Below are positions 49,101 through 56,908 of a DNA stretch of 64,000 nt, one piece after another (the stretch's first letter is position 1; each line of letters starts with the position of its first letter). Under the pieces are notes generated by a model. It saw only the letters and a program-made list of their open reading frames with translations, made no database searches and had not been told where the DNA came from. A program made the position numbers and the translations under genes. This DNA is from Strigamia acuminata (taxonomy: Eukaryota), in assembly GCA_949358305.1 (NCBI GenBank), contig OX442314.1, positions 32,488,001 to 32,552,000 of the forward strand, given 5' to 3'.

Positions 49101-49184
49101 TTGTAACGATAATTGGGCATCGTTACCGGCTCCTTCCATCGGCGCTTCATCGTCCGCATGGAGGTTGACTTCGTCGTCTGCCAT
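34161..49184 (-). CDS. Spliced extra gene (ORF3) of the gypsy element, unknown function, interrupted by two copia insertions; reconstructed length 789 aa
   Basis: Segments 49184-49095 (MADDEV...SLQER), GT-AG intron 49094-48827, 48826-48444, 42974-42681 and 35763-34161 join into one stop-free frame once each copia and one TSD copy are removed (junctions ..LKT|TQRE.. and ..QDED|LRVG..). A 66-nt GT-AG intron (49288-49223) lies in the 5' UTR. Confidence 0.8.
36252..41099 (-). CDS. Copia polyprotein Gag-PR-IN-MBD-RT-RNase H
   Basis: CFTCGGTGHFAREC knuckle; WYVDTGATDH protease; WHSRLGH..CDFC; HLDVWGP, TDNGGEF and AERANRT (integrase); MBD; RARLVAQGF and FYVDD (RT); YTDAS and ADILTK (RNase H). First ATG at 41099. 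Confidence 0.95.
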   Translation of the reverse strand: MASYDRHDDYKDVKKLDGTNYPTWSVQVQLLLQSYGVWGHVTGKTKEPPAGSPFRETRDFEKGEERARSTICLACGEAQQVVAVAQATAKEVWEALKAAYQPTTRARKARLRREFLDMRLHENEEMFVFTARVDRKVVQLADVKIQISDEFHAFQYLDLLPPQYEPVKQTVYHWGDTEFTAAAVKERLVGEYNRLHVTTDEFGVPSKAPLENTGAFFNQGGRQRGRGGNAPGGTRICFTCGGTGHFARECPTPPKQQFQPKGNQTGQFRGNPRGKGRGRGQQKAAVTQADIFSDSPVSYYSAAIWLQQQPPVPASHVSHANYDSQWYVDTGATDHFSFNKDWFSDFKPLTGHVQQGEGKSRIEGIGNVTLTSIYGTRTRAITLHNVFYAPNFRKNLISLGRTDEAGATTMIKNGKMVIYNDKIDDPSITAERTSDRMYKVNCRISPVNTAALPAQQAATVSSSPLIKGDEVVNSILTYPSFKDALTQNSSESGKPAPAIKGQASVANNAPANVTTNAQANVSNKIKAKIANASKEASSIVQNNADKAENGNNSTDGVKTFDKKDKAQTMDIWHSRLGHLNAKGIAGLEKSTDVFGLKLSNKELSTCDFCARAKSTRASFPPIIGITTKSILEIVHLDVWGPAPVQTLGGAYYYLILIDDFSRFMWIIIMKRKSDVLGHFKRWLLEVERTTSKKVKAIKTDNGGEFISRQWDDYVATIGLKCMRTNAYSPEMNSVAERANRTILNGTRALLFENKFPATLWAELAVSVVYLKNRFPHTGIGGKTPYSVFYNKKLSLRHVKCIGSLTYVHIPSQTRGGKLQDRAWAGALIGYAASTRGYRIWDPNKNQVFLSKHVKIFENNFWFELGTVTSPELENDFDTSSSDSFNGSFSDDDSVVGDPIPAETPEPPPAIQEVPQPAPQQKVKPALPTTPKPTLRPELRPVAKQAAQQPPLMPVEGNPILGDGDTGDEPVEEIGGAKGDDGNYFNIYPDNDGEPEIPPGIQTRRGSRSRKKQGNVMLHPELLPLNMAEWERRASVRKDGATAGQIDVVYITPLKDKIRSRVDIARWCDEEGYAYDATLFDFKTLEGDGEPLGFAGFCAVEPETYEEAMYHIKRPDWIKAMREEIDVFDERTVYKEVDKTTLDEGTTLLGSKWIYKMKRDHTGVIQRYRARLVAQGFKQKPGVDFTEVFSPVVNFVLVIVFFCTLVILKGWRDLHLDIKAAYLYGDLDTVQYMEIPKGYRTAHNKHKCWMLLKALYGLHQSGRMWYQVLHIRLLELGFQPLLGLNCVYALDNDAIVIFYVDDIVLFSKDDYVEQCVLKWLRESFEVVSLGPVTLLLGIEFDRSGGMIKIHQRKYIEKLCKAYGIDSCHRVKVPVTPGTMIQGVRTGEKADTSFPYRSLVGSLLFIASRTRPDILFSVIVLSQYNETHSTRHVNMLLQVLRYLATTSNYSINLSNCKNENLTVYTDASFALDQDRRRSFGGHIVYMGGIPISWNCHKQSMTSLSIMESEFLAVVDGVKEVIWLERLYDAKIMFRLERNTPCVFADSQPAIQYCKNRIENRANKHIDVKLHFVRDWFEKGTFLIEHVSGELNVADILTKWLAKSRLNALCEYIFVIDK
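37854..38015 (-). other. Methyl-CpG-binding domain in Copia A
   Basis: WERRASVRKDGATAGQIDVVYITPLKDKIRSRVDIARWC...FDFK matches the MBD pattern W.R...RKSG..AG..DV.Y..P.G...RS..E...FDF. Confidence 0.9.
43518..46856 (-). CDS. Copia Gag-PR-IN-MBD polyprotein without RT/RNase H
   Basis: CYNCGGSGHFSREC, WYVDTGATDH, WHGRMGH..CDAC, HMDLWG, TDRGGEF, AERSNRT, then MBD. The ORF ends ~70 aa later with no YxDD motif. An RNase H tail (ADIMTKW..RLDALCDHIF, 43490-43558) survives in another frame. Confidence 0.9.
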   Translation of the reverse strand: MADDSDGDVYKSFGQSIKKLNGLNYETWSVQIALILKQQGVWAHVMGTEPCLPSSATAREKREYETREAKAHSTLCLSCNEAQQSVAVAKDTASEVWEALKEAYRPTTRARKARLRREFLQLKLNANEEMVVFTSRVDRKALELKEVQITLTDEEIAFQYLDFLDPQYENLKQGLYHWDDTDFTVVKVRERLLAEYNRMHAYDSTFGASGQPDTSAFTAKQPWKFNKPGSTTAQQGVCYNCGGSGHFSRECPSQRKTGQNPQSSNVGPTSQFRGQPRGKNRGKGGRGGRKANLVDNWIDDPDSLYMEVEEPPPPVSSFLSNGPVDTAWYVDTGATDHFAFCKEWFANFKPLNYTVQLGEGTSKIEGIGSVELISTYGNRSRVVTLNNVYYAPNFRKNLISLGRTDEAGLRTYVADGKMTLFRAKIEDPSLTAVRLSNRLYKVNGHVSVTSVNATAIPAQKEAVGITNCVKQTVLTMPRVKCELTTSNVQSNGKTIVATNGAANNASNANNARTFSNVVQGVNQTGVKQTKPTVMGPIKTALTANNNTNGKRLDNDKAIPMDFWHGRMGHLNSKGIVMMQKSTEIFGVKLSNELASPCDACNRAKRVRATFSPIAEIKSKGILDLIHMDLWGAASCKSLGGAEYYLIIVDDHSRYMWISFLKHKSETFAHFKAWQAEVERATSRKVKTIRTDRGGEFVSKEWDNYTKSCGIKCERTNAYSPEMNSVAERSNRTIIEGVRAMELENGFPHFLWAELANTIVYLKNRYPHSSLQGRTPYNVFFGRRMSVRHLRCIGSKVYVHIPAQTRKSKLDSRAWSGALIGYAITTAGYRIWDPHKNKVFASKHVKIDENQYWYEGTQTVSKGLGSVEAKRGFGSDDYIHLISESEAEEEEIPQSPPVSTTQQTVEPPTQQTIPATTTEPEDEASTSQPAPLPQLDPNLPEDVAHTAGDATPSEGSDDDARYEEAVAQSPNVRGRHTGAVGGVELQQIDITKWKRVEYIRKSGAQAGHVFIHYIAPTGTRFRSRIDVVRWCEEEDYEYDAGLFDFKAKPRAQVPPPFASFCYLRQGTLGDTMTGLSNEDWGKEMVKGIYIFDRNKVRAEQRRHYDQVGFPPTS
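43722..43883 (-). other. Methyl-CpG-binding domain in Copia B
   Basis: WKRVEYIRKSGAQAGHVFIHYIAPTGTRFRSRIDVVRWC...FDFK. Confidence 0.9.
47941..47958 (-). promoter_or_regulatory. Primer-binding site, tRNA-iMet (Copia B)
   Basis: The + strand reads AACCATCCTCTGCTACCA, the 3' end of animal initiator tRNA-Met, 1 nt from the LTR. Confidence 0.9.
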
Positions 49185-49406
49185 TCGTTTTCTTTTTCGC
49201 GTCGGAAAAGAAATTCTTTCGGCTAGAAAGAATTAATAAACTATATTAAATATATTTATCGAATTTTTCTTTCAGAAAAATAACTTACAGTTTGCTGAAT
49301 CAATAAAAACTGTCGTGTTGTATCGGAGTCGATGCATCCACTTCAAAACTTATCGGAAAAGTGGCTAAGTTCGTTGATTGGAGCAACGAACTTGTTTCGG
49401 TGACAC

Positions 49407-49475
49407 CGAATGACGTCACAAGTTATAACGCATTGTGAACGTTGTCATTCGAGTATTTACTACGAATGACGTCAC
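49407..49475. promoter_or_regulatory. Putative internal promoter of ORF3
   Basis: CGAATGACGTCAC occurs twice (49407-49419, 49463-49475) and contains the CRE palindrome TGACGTCA. An inverted variant lies at 49441-49451 and TTATAA at 49423-49428. All lie between the pol stop and the ORF3 5'-UTR intron. Confidence 0.4.
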
Positions 49476-49526
49476 GAGATTGCTCTCTCGGATCTTTCGG
49501 GTAAACCCAAAAGGTGAAAGTCAACG

Positions 49527-52500
49527 CTATGTCTTGACTCGCGGAACGCGAGATCTCAAGTTGTACTTTGACTTTCGCGAAGTACAATCCAACTTGTTTA
49601 GATTGTCATCAGCATCGTCTCCAATGTCAGATGAGTTATTTTCTTCATTGTTTGAAATTTTCTCTTTTTCTAAAAACATTTCCTTTTCTAGATTTTCATC
49701 AAGAGAAACATTTTCAAGTCGCTTGTTTATTTCATCGACTTCGTTATTTTTGAGTTTCGATTTTTCACTCGATTCCGTGTTTTCGACAGGAATTTTGGAT
49801 AATTCAACATCATCCAAGGTATTAACAATATTTTTTGTTTTTTGACCCACTTCCTCCCCTTCCAGCCAAATTTCTTGGTTGAAAACGGGAAAGTACGGCA
49901 TTAATTCAGTGCCGTGAACAGCTGGATAAATTTTATTATCACTCAGCCGTCGAAGTTGAAAGGCGCCTCCTTGTAATCTTTTGACAATTACATAAGGCCC
50001 ATTCCTTTTCGGTGAAATGCCTGCTGCTATTCCTTTAGCGGCATTTGAGAGAATATGAGACTCTCGCCAGACTAAATCATTCTGTCTGAAGTTATCGAAT
50101 TTTTTGTCTGATTTTTCAGCTTCGACACGGCGTCTCAAATCTAAGACGTGAGACATCATATGCTGATACGTCTCTGCAATTATTGCTTCTAATTTCTGAA
50201 CATATAAATGCGGATTTTTTGGGTCAATGACTAAAATTCCTTCCGGAATTCTTGGATCCCAAGGAATTCTTAATTCTCGGAAAAAATTCAAGAAAGCTAG
50301 AGAATAATCTCTGCCTCTTGTTACAGTTGTTCTCAAACTGAATGCAAATTCGCGTAGATACTCATCCCATTGGTCGTGAATATCTAAATAAATCGAAACT
50401 AAATATTTAATATCTCGATTGGTTCTCTCCACAGGATTGCTTTGTGGATGATAAATCGATGTCGGTGTTCGCGACATGTCGAATTTTTTGCAAAATTCTT
50501 TATAGACCTGTGATCGAAATTGTGGTCCATTATCACTTATGATTTGTCTCGGAAATCCGAAAGTTATTGATAAGTGATAAATTGTGTTGGCAACTTTCAT
50601 TGCCGTTGGATTACACATTGGGAATAATTCTGGCCAATGCGTAGCGACATCTACGATGACGCAAATGTGGGTATTGTTTCTTCTGGTTCTTGGTTTGGGA
50701 CCAGACAAATCCACACTGAGGCAGTCAAATGGTCCAAATGGTCCAATTTGAGCGCCTTCAATTTCGGTCTTTGATCTCGGCTTGCATGCCTGACATCCTT
50801 GACAATGTTGAATAAAACGTGTAATATCACGTTTCATACCTTTCCAGGTATAAACTCTTCGAGTTCTGTACATTGTCCTCGCAATGCCTGGGTGGCCGGA
50901 CAGTGGATGTCCGTGCATCAACCATATGATTTTATAAATCAATTTCTTTGGCACAACAACTTTAAGCGCCCTACCATCCTCTCCTAATTCATCGGTAGAG
51001 GTAGGATGATAATGGAGTAACATATCTTCTTCAATGAGATAAGTACTCGCGTGTCTTTCAAAATTTCTTCTTTGAAGACGAGTTACTATGTAACTTGGAT
51101 ATTGCTTGTTTAACAAGTAATTGCGAATATGTTGGCAAAATTTGTCTGCTTTTTGCGCCGCAATAATGTCATCTCTCGTTGGAGGATCACATTCTAATTG
51201 CTTCGCAATTTTAGCCGCAAATGCTTTTATTAAAACATTTGTTGTTGGCAGCTCGAATTTTTTAGCCATCATGGCTCTTAATTCGACGTCAGGGGTTCCT
51301 GACGGATCATGCATTTTAATACAAAAATTAATTAATGCTTGATCGTCTTCATTAACTATTATTGACTTGGGTAATTCATTCAATTTTCCCATTTGCCAAC
51401 TTCGGCAAGGAGATGGGCAATATGATAATAAATCATCATTATCGCCATCGTCTTCTGGTTCGTCAGGTGCGCTGACAGGTGCACGTGACAATGCGTCTGC
51501 TATTACATTCAGCGGACTTTTGACGTACTGTATTTCGAACGAATACGCCATCAGCTCCATTTGCCAACGAGCTAATCTGCCCGACGGGTCAGATAACGAC
51601 ATCAACCATTTAAGTGCTTGGTGATCTGTTTGTACAGTGAATGTAGTGTACTCTAAGTATGGGCGAAATTTGCGCAAACCCCATACTACTGCGAGACATT
51701 CCAATTCTGTCACAGTATAATTTTTTTCTGCGGGCTGCAAGCTTCTGCTTGCATACACGCATGGCATTTCGACTTCTTGGCCATCCACATTTTTCTTTTG
51801 TGTAAGGGCTGCACCCAACCCTTGTTTACTGGCGTCAGTATGAACAATAAATGGCATGTACAAGTCAGGCATCTTCATTGTTTCAGCATTCGTAAGCAAG
51901 TCTTTTATTGCGTCGAATGCTGCCTGATGATGCAGTTCCCAATCGAACTCCGCATCTTTCTTCAAGAGTGGCCTTAGTGGTTCTGCCACTGTGGCCAAAT
52001 TCTTGATTAGGCGGTGAAAGAAATTCACCATGCCTAGAAATCTTTGTAATTCCTTAAGATTGGTAGGAGCAGGAAATTGCGTAATTGCAGCGACTTTTTT
52101 AGGGTCTACTGCAAGTCCTTCTACTCCTACTTTGTAGCCTAGAAAAATTAATTCCTTTCTACAGAGATGCGTCTTGCCAGGGTGCGCATGTAAATTAGCT
52201 TCTGCCAATTTTTTAAACACTATATCTAAATGTTTAAGGTGTTCTTCGAACGATTTGGATACAACAATTATGTCATCCAAATATGCCCATGCAAATTTTC
52301 TGTAAACGTCACCCAAAACCTTTTCCATCAATTCTTGGAAAGTAGTTGGTGCGTTTACTAATCCGAAAGGCATGACTAAAAACATTAGTCTTCCCATTGG
52401 GCTCCAGAAGGCAGTCTTTTCTCTGTCTTCAGGTCGCAATTCTATCTGCCAATATCCCTTGGTCAGATCTATAGTACTGACCCACTCGAATTCTCCGATT

Positions 52501-53786
52501 TCTCGCAGAATTTCCTCAATTGTTGGCATTTGAGGTGGGTTGTACTTAGTATGTGTATTGATGGGGCGAAAATCAATGCACAAGCGTGGGTCGTTTCCTG
52601 GTCGCATGACTAGGACTGGCCGCATTCCGTAATCGCCTTCAGCTTTGACGACTACGCCTTTGTCAATCATGTCTTGACAAAGTTGTCTGATTATTTCCCT
52701 TTTTTGAGGGTTTATGCTCTTAAAGGGGACACGGATGGGTTTCTCCGTGTCAAGCTCAATTTTGTGCTTAACCAGGTGTGTTTTACCTGGATCTTTAGAA
52801 ATAATCCTTTTATGTTTGGATAACATCTTTTCTAATAATTTGGATTGCTCCAAATTTAAGTTAGCTTCTTCGACTAACTTTTGGATGAAATTCTCTTCGT
52901 CAATTTTGCCTTGAGTTACACTTGCAGCGTAAGCTTTTGCAAAGGTCACAAATGAGGAATCGGGTTCCTCCACTTTCTCCAAATAACGTTCCAGCAACGC
53001 TTGTGGAATGTAGGGTAAATCTGCATCCACAGGTTGCGTGAAATTCCAAGACATCGTCTGTGGATTAGGTTGGATTTTTAATTTATTCATAAAATCGCAA
53101 CCCAATAGTACCATTGGATACTTATTTGGTATTACGATGAACGGATGACGTAACGTGCCATGTGTCCATCGAAATGAAAGATGGATTGTTCCATCTGGAG
53201 TGACTTCTTCACTAGCCGTCGTAACTCTGACACCAGGTCCGATAGGTCGTAGATATTTTTCTAGACCTAATTGATTAATAACTGAAGTGGCTAGGAAGCT
53301 CTTATTTGCTCCTGAGTCCAACATACCAGTTATTACACCTTTTAACGTTTCTAACTTTAACGTTGGAAGGTCATGGCTGTTTGGTATTCCAGCCACTTTG
53401 CACTCAAACTTGCGCAATTTATGATGAACTGTAATTGGAAGCTCCAAAGGCAGTTCGTCTAATAACTCATTGGTATCAAGAGTTGTAGCTGCAAATAACT
53501 TAATGCACTCCTCAATTCCAGGTGTCTCTGGAACTGAGCTTGGTCTATCATCTTTAATTTCGACTTTATCTTGAATATTGGAAGTGTCTTCTTCAGTCGG
53601 AGTTTCGCCGACAATCTCCTTTTTTAACTCAAGAGATTCTTTTTCTTTTAGTTCTGTTTGACGAATTAATTCATCAATAACTCCTCCAACATCTTCCATT
53701 ATCTTCAGATTTTCATTCTCTGATTCCGATTTCGGAGGTGACGCAGCGTCCACTAGACCTGATGGATCTGCGTCTACAAGTTTTTT
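49527..53786 (-). CDS. pol: Gypsy pol (PR-RT-RNase H-IN), reached by -1 frameshift
   Basis: MLDSGA, YLDD, HTDAS/ELECLAV/TDHQAL, HHCC finger, VDL-SDNG-VER, GPY motif. The frame is open back to the slippery site. Confidence 0.95.
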   Translation of the reverse strand, partial: KKLVDADPSGLVDAASPPKSESENENLKIMEDVGGVIDELIRQTELKEKESLELKKEIVGETPTEEDTSNIQDKVEIKDDRPSSVPETPGIEECIKLFAATTLDTNELLDELPLELPITVHHKLRKFECKVAGIPNSHDLPTLKLETLKGVITGMLDSGANKSFLATSVINQLGLEKYLRPIGPGVRVTTASEEVTPDGTIHLSFRWTHGTLRHPFIVIPNKYPMVLLGCDFMNKLKIQPNPQTMSWNFTQPVDADLPYIPQALLERYLEKVEEPDSSFVTFAKAYAASVTQGKIDEENFIQKLVEEANLNLEQSKLLEKMLSKHKRIISKDPGKTHLVKHKIELDTEKPIRVPFKSINPQKREIIRQLCQDMIDKGVVVKAEGDYGMRPVLVMRPGNDPRLCIDFRPINTHTKYNPPQMPTIEEILREIGEFEWVSTIDLTKGYWQIELRPEDREKTAFWSPMGRLMFLVMPFGLVNAPTTFQELMEKVLGDVYRKFAWAYLDDIIVVSKSFEEHLKHLDIVFKKLAEANLHAHPGKTHLCRKELIFLGYKVGVEGLAVDPKKVAAITQFPAPTNLKELQRFLGMVNFFHRLIKNLATVAEPLRPLLKKDAEFDWELHHQAAFDAIKDLLTNAETMKMPDLYMPFIVHTDASKQGLGAALTQKKNVDGQEVEMPCVYASRSLQPAEKNYTVTELECLAVVWGLRKFRPYLEYTTFTVQTDHQALKWLMSLSDPSGRLARWQMELMAYSFEIQYVKSPLNVIADALSRAPVSAPDEPEDDGDNDDLLSYCPSPCRSWQMGKLNELPKSIIVNEDDQALINFCIKMHDPSGTPDVELRAMMAKKFELPTTNVLIKAFAAKIAKQLECDPPTRDDIIAAQKADKFCQHIRNYLLNKQYPSYIVTRLQRRNFERHASTYLIEEDMLLHYHPTSTDELGEDGRALKVVVPKKLIYKIIWLMHGHPLSGHPGIARTMYRTRRVYTWKGMKRDITRFIQHCQGCQACKPRSKTEIEGAQIGPFGPFDCLSVDLSGPKPRTRRNNTHICVIVDVATHWPELFPMCNPTAMKVANTIYHLSITFGFPRQIISDNGPQFRSQVYKEFCKKFDMSRTPTSIYHPQSNPVERTNRDIKYLVSIYLDIHDQWDEYLREFAFSLRTTVTRGRDYSLAFLNFFRELRIPWDPRIPEGILVIDPKNPHLYVQKLEAIIAETYQHMMSHVLDLRRRVEAEKSDKKFDNFRQNDLVWRESHILSNAAKGIAAGISPKRNGPYVIVKRLQGGAFQLRRLSDNKIYPAVHGTELMPYFPVFNQEIWLEGEEVGQKTKNIVNTLDDVELSKIPVENTESSEKSKLKNNEVDEINKRLENVSLDENLEKEMFLEKEKISNNEENNSSDIGDDADDNLNKLDCTSRKSKYNLRSRVPRVKT
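53740..53786 (-). promoter_or_regulatory. -1 ribosomal frameshift signal
   Basis: A_AAA_AAC in the gag frame (53786-53780), a 5-nt spacer, then the hairpin GACGCAG-A-TCCA...TGGA-CG-CTGCGTC. The -1 frame is the pol frame. Confidence 0.85.
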
Positions 53787-56700
53787 CGAAACATGTCAGT
53801 TATGATCTTGACTGCTTTTTCAAACTCAGCTGTTGACACTGGTTTGTCCTTTTTAGAGGATGGGCAGTCTTTTTGCCAATGCCCTAATTTTTTGCATAAA
53901 TTGCATGGATCAGTGGCAGGCGATTTCTTTTTCGTTGCTGCTGGCGAGGCAGAACGAGAACGAGCGTCAGACCGGCGCTCTGGCGACACCGCGGGTGATT
54001 TTGAATTCCTTTCGGTATTCACCTTTGATGCGTCAAATGAAACATTTTTTGATTTCATTTTTGGCTTCCATTTGCCTGCAACGGGGTTATTTTTTGCTAA
54101 AAACGCCGCTGCTTTGGCCAATAAAGCCAACGTCTCATCTCCTGCTTCCTCCTCCTCTTCAGCTTCTTCAGCTTCAGACGACGGAGTTTCAGCTCCAGTT
54201 ATATTTGCGTGTAACTTAGGAACTGAATGAGGATTTTTGACGTCCTTTTTGGAAGATTCTTTTTTCGAACTCTTCCCTTCCACCTCGTCTAGAAAGTCTT
54301 CGTAACTAGGTGGCTGCAACAATTTCAAACCATTAAAGGTTTCATTGTTTTGCTCAGCGAGTCTTTTCTCTCGCTTTAAGTACGCTGACCTTTCGGCCTC
54401 TGTAAGGTAAGCTTTGTACTTTTCGTCAATGCGCAATTGATTGACCTCCATGAACTCATTTAACTCGGAGAATTTCCCCGGGTCGGGAGCGTCCGACATC
54501 ATCAGAATATTTTTACTATATTCTGTGAGACCAGCTCTGAACTGATCATCTGCTGTTGCATCAGTAACAGCATGTGGCATTCTGCCAAGCAGATTCTCTG
54601 CTCTTAGCATGTACGAATGTAAGCTTTCGCCTTTTCGTTGCTTAAGACATCGCCAGAGCGTCTTGATGTCTTCGCTTGATTCACCAAATTTAAACATAAA
54701 TTGTTTAACGAAGTCATCCCACTTCGTGAAGTCTTTCCTGCGAAACCACTCCTTGACACCGCCAACTAGTATTCTTGGTACTAGATGGGCCAATGCACCT
54801 TCACAGCCAAAACTGTGAACCTTGCCTAGTTCAAATATTTCCAGCAAGAGGTTTGACCCTGCTTGCCAATTTCCATTATAGGCATGTGGGATAACTCGAT
54901 CCCATCTAATGAACTTTTCATCTGTTGTTTGATGAGTCCATTTATCAGAAGTAAATTCACTTATTTTTTGCAAAATAATTTTATCCCTTCTGCTTTTTCG
55001 CTGTTGTTGAGCATTTTGCCTCAACAACTGGTCAATCTCATCTTTCGTGTAGAAATCGGGTCTTTGAGTTCTACTACGTGTTCTGTGACGAGATCGCCCT
55101 CTCACACTGGGACGTGAGGAATCTGTATCTGACGCAGATTCATGATTCGGATTTGGCGGCGGATCAGGGTCCGGAGGATCGTCGCCATCTGGCGGACGAC
55201 GGTCTCCATTTGGTGGTCCCCTTCCATTTCGATTGCCATTCGAATTGTGGTCACGTGTGTGGCCACCTCCATGTCCATCTGAACTGTCTCCACCTGGTGG
55301 GTCACCACCTGGTGGGTTTCCACGGTATCTCGGTCCATCACGGATGTCGTTATGACAATCTCGTTTTGGTGAACCTTCTCGTGGATTATCGTGTGACCGT
55401 CCACGATCGTGTGGTTTCTCACGTTCTTTATTCTTTCTCTCTAGCAATCCGATTAATCGGTCGCTATTGCTAAAGAATCGATCCGAATCTTGCGTAACTT
55501 TTGGGGAATGATATTCGGTCGGGTCTGGTTGTCGCTTTCGCTTTTTGCGACTGTGATGACTATTACGGCTTCCACGACTACTGCGTGAGTCATCACTGTC
55601 AGTCCAGCTTGATTGTCGACTGACTTTTGGTTTAGCTGATGTTAAATCAATCAACTCAGGTGATTTGGAAGCACCTTTTTGCAAAACTGGGGCTGGCTTT
55701 GCAAAATTATCTTCGCCGCAAACGTCTTGTACTTTTTGTACGACTACTGCAAAATTTTCTTGCACCGTCAATAGATCTGCGCGAAGAATTTCGTTTTCAC
55801 GAGCTTGCGCAGCTAAGTCGGCACGTAATAACTGCTCTGCAGTACTTTGACTTTTGGCGGCTTGACCAGCATCAATTACAGACTGCTGTCGAGCGAGAAA
55901 TACTTCATTTTCTCGTTGCGCTAATCTCTTAGCTCTTGCTGCTTGTTCTGCAGCATAATTCTCGTAATTTCGAGAAGTGGAGGGAATTTCTTCCCTCGCT
56001 CGAACTGGGGCGGTTAGTTCGGCAGTCATTAAATTTGTGTTGGCTTCTCGCAAATTTGCGTTGGCCAATCTCAAATTTTCATTAGCAATCTCTAAATCTT
56101 TTTGTGCTTGATTTAGTTGCTCGAGCCTTTGTTGTTGCTCTTCGTCAGTAATTAGCCAGGAAGCTTTTTCCTGCTCTAATTGTAACAACTTAACATGATC
56201 ATTCGCACGTTGTTGTTTTAGTTCGGCATTTTGCTGATGCATTTCTGCATGCATTCGCTCGAACTCTGCTTGCAAGCTTGTTCTGACGATTTCAACGTCT
56301 TTTTGGCTTTGTTTGCGAACCATAGCTTTGTGGATTTGTTCCACAGTCATTTCGCTAGTGACTTTTACTCCCTCGAGCCTAGCTTGCTCACGGAGTGCGT
56401 CCATCATGGTAACACGCACGGGAGAATGAGAAACTTCCATATTGGAGTTCTCCGAATCTTGCTGTGCTGCACCTTGAACCGGTGATGAATTCAGCGAGTG
56501 CTCTGCACTTGATGATTGAATTCGTAAATTCAAATCATCGTTTTGCGACTTGGAACGGCCACTTCCAGTTGGATTGTTTAAGTCCAACTGGCCGCTTGGC
56601 GGGGATGGCTGTTGTCGCTCCAACGCTTGCGTGAATTCATTCACGATTAACTGTGCCGAGTTACAGTTAGCTGTTTGATCCATGGCTTCAAACAATTCTT

Positions 56701-56797
56701 GTGACTCAGTCACTTCTTGATCCACGACTGGTAGATCGATCGCCACTCGTCTCTTCGCCGGCCTTCCTCTCGGTCTCTTCTCTGAAGGAGTCGCCAT
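53774..56797 (-). CDS. gag: Gypsy gag (1007 aa)
   Basis: Coiled-coil-like N-terminus, capsid-like region (WFRR..KWDDFVKQF..KQRKGESL) and a CNLCKKLGHWQKDC knuckle. Starts just after the PBS. Confidence 0.9.
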   Translation of the reverse strand: MATPSEKRPRGRPAKRRVAIDLPVVDQEVTESQELFEAMDQTANCNSAQLIVNEFTQALERQQPSPPSGQLDLNNPTGSGRSKSQNDDLNLRIQSSSAEHSLNSSPVQGAAQQDSENSNMEVSHSPVRVTMMDALREQARLEGVKVTSEMTVEQIHKAMVRKQSQKDVEIVRTSLQAEFERMHAEMHQQNAELKQQRANDHVKLLQLEQEKASWLITDEEQQQRLEQLNQAQKDLEIANENLRLANANLREANTNLMTAELTAPVRAREEIPSTSRNYENYAAEQAARAKRLAQRENEVFLARQQSVIDAGQAAKSQSTAEQLLRADLAAQARENEILRADLLTVQENFAVVVQKVQDVCGEDNFAKPAPVLQKGASKSPELIDLTSAKPKVSRQSSWTDSDDSRSSRGSRNSHHSRKKRKRQPDPTEYHSPKVTQDSDRFFSNSDRLIGLLERKNKEREKPHDRGRSHDNPREGSPKRDCHNDIRDGPRYRGNPPGGDPPGGDSSDGHGGGHTRDHNSNGNRNGRGPPNGDRRPPDGDDPPDPDPPPNPNHESASDTDSSRPSVRGRSRHRTRSRTQRPDFYTKDEIDQLLRQNAQQQRKSRRDKIILQKISEFTSDKWTHQTTDEKFIRWDRVIPHAYNGNWQAGSNLLLEIFELGKVHSFGCEGALAHLVPRILVGGVKEWFRRKDFTKWDDFVKQFMFKFGESSEDIKTLWRCLKQRKGESLHSYMLRAENLLGRMPHAVTDATADDQFRAGLTEYSKNILMMSDAPDPGKFSELNEFMEVNQLRIDEKYKAYLTEAERSAYLKREKRLAEQNNETFNGLKLLQPPSYEDFLDEVEGKSSKKESSKKDVKNPHSVPKLHANITGAETPSSEAEEAEEEEEAGDETLALLAKAAAFLAKNNPVAGKWKPKMKSKNVSFDASKVNTERNSKSPAVSPERRSDARSRSASPAATKKKSPATDPCNLCKKLGHWQKDCPSSKKDKPVSTAEFEKAVKIITDMFRKNL

Positions 56798-56888
56798 TTT
56801 TCAATGAGGATTTAGAAAGGATAGAGAAGAAAGATAAGCAAGATAAAAATGGCGGGTAAATTTTAACTAACAAAGTTATACAATGACT

Positions 56889-56906
56889 ATCCCGGACGGG
56901 CCCCCA
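56889..56906 (-). promoter_or_regulatory. Primer-binding site, tRNA-Pro (gypsy)
   Basis: TGGGGGCCCGTCCGGGAT, one mismatch from the canonical tRNA-Pro PBS TGGGGGCTCGTCCGGGAT, 2 nt from the LTR. Confidence 0.9.
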
Positions 56907-56908
56907 CG

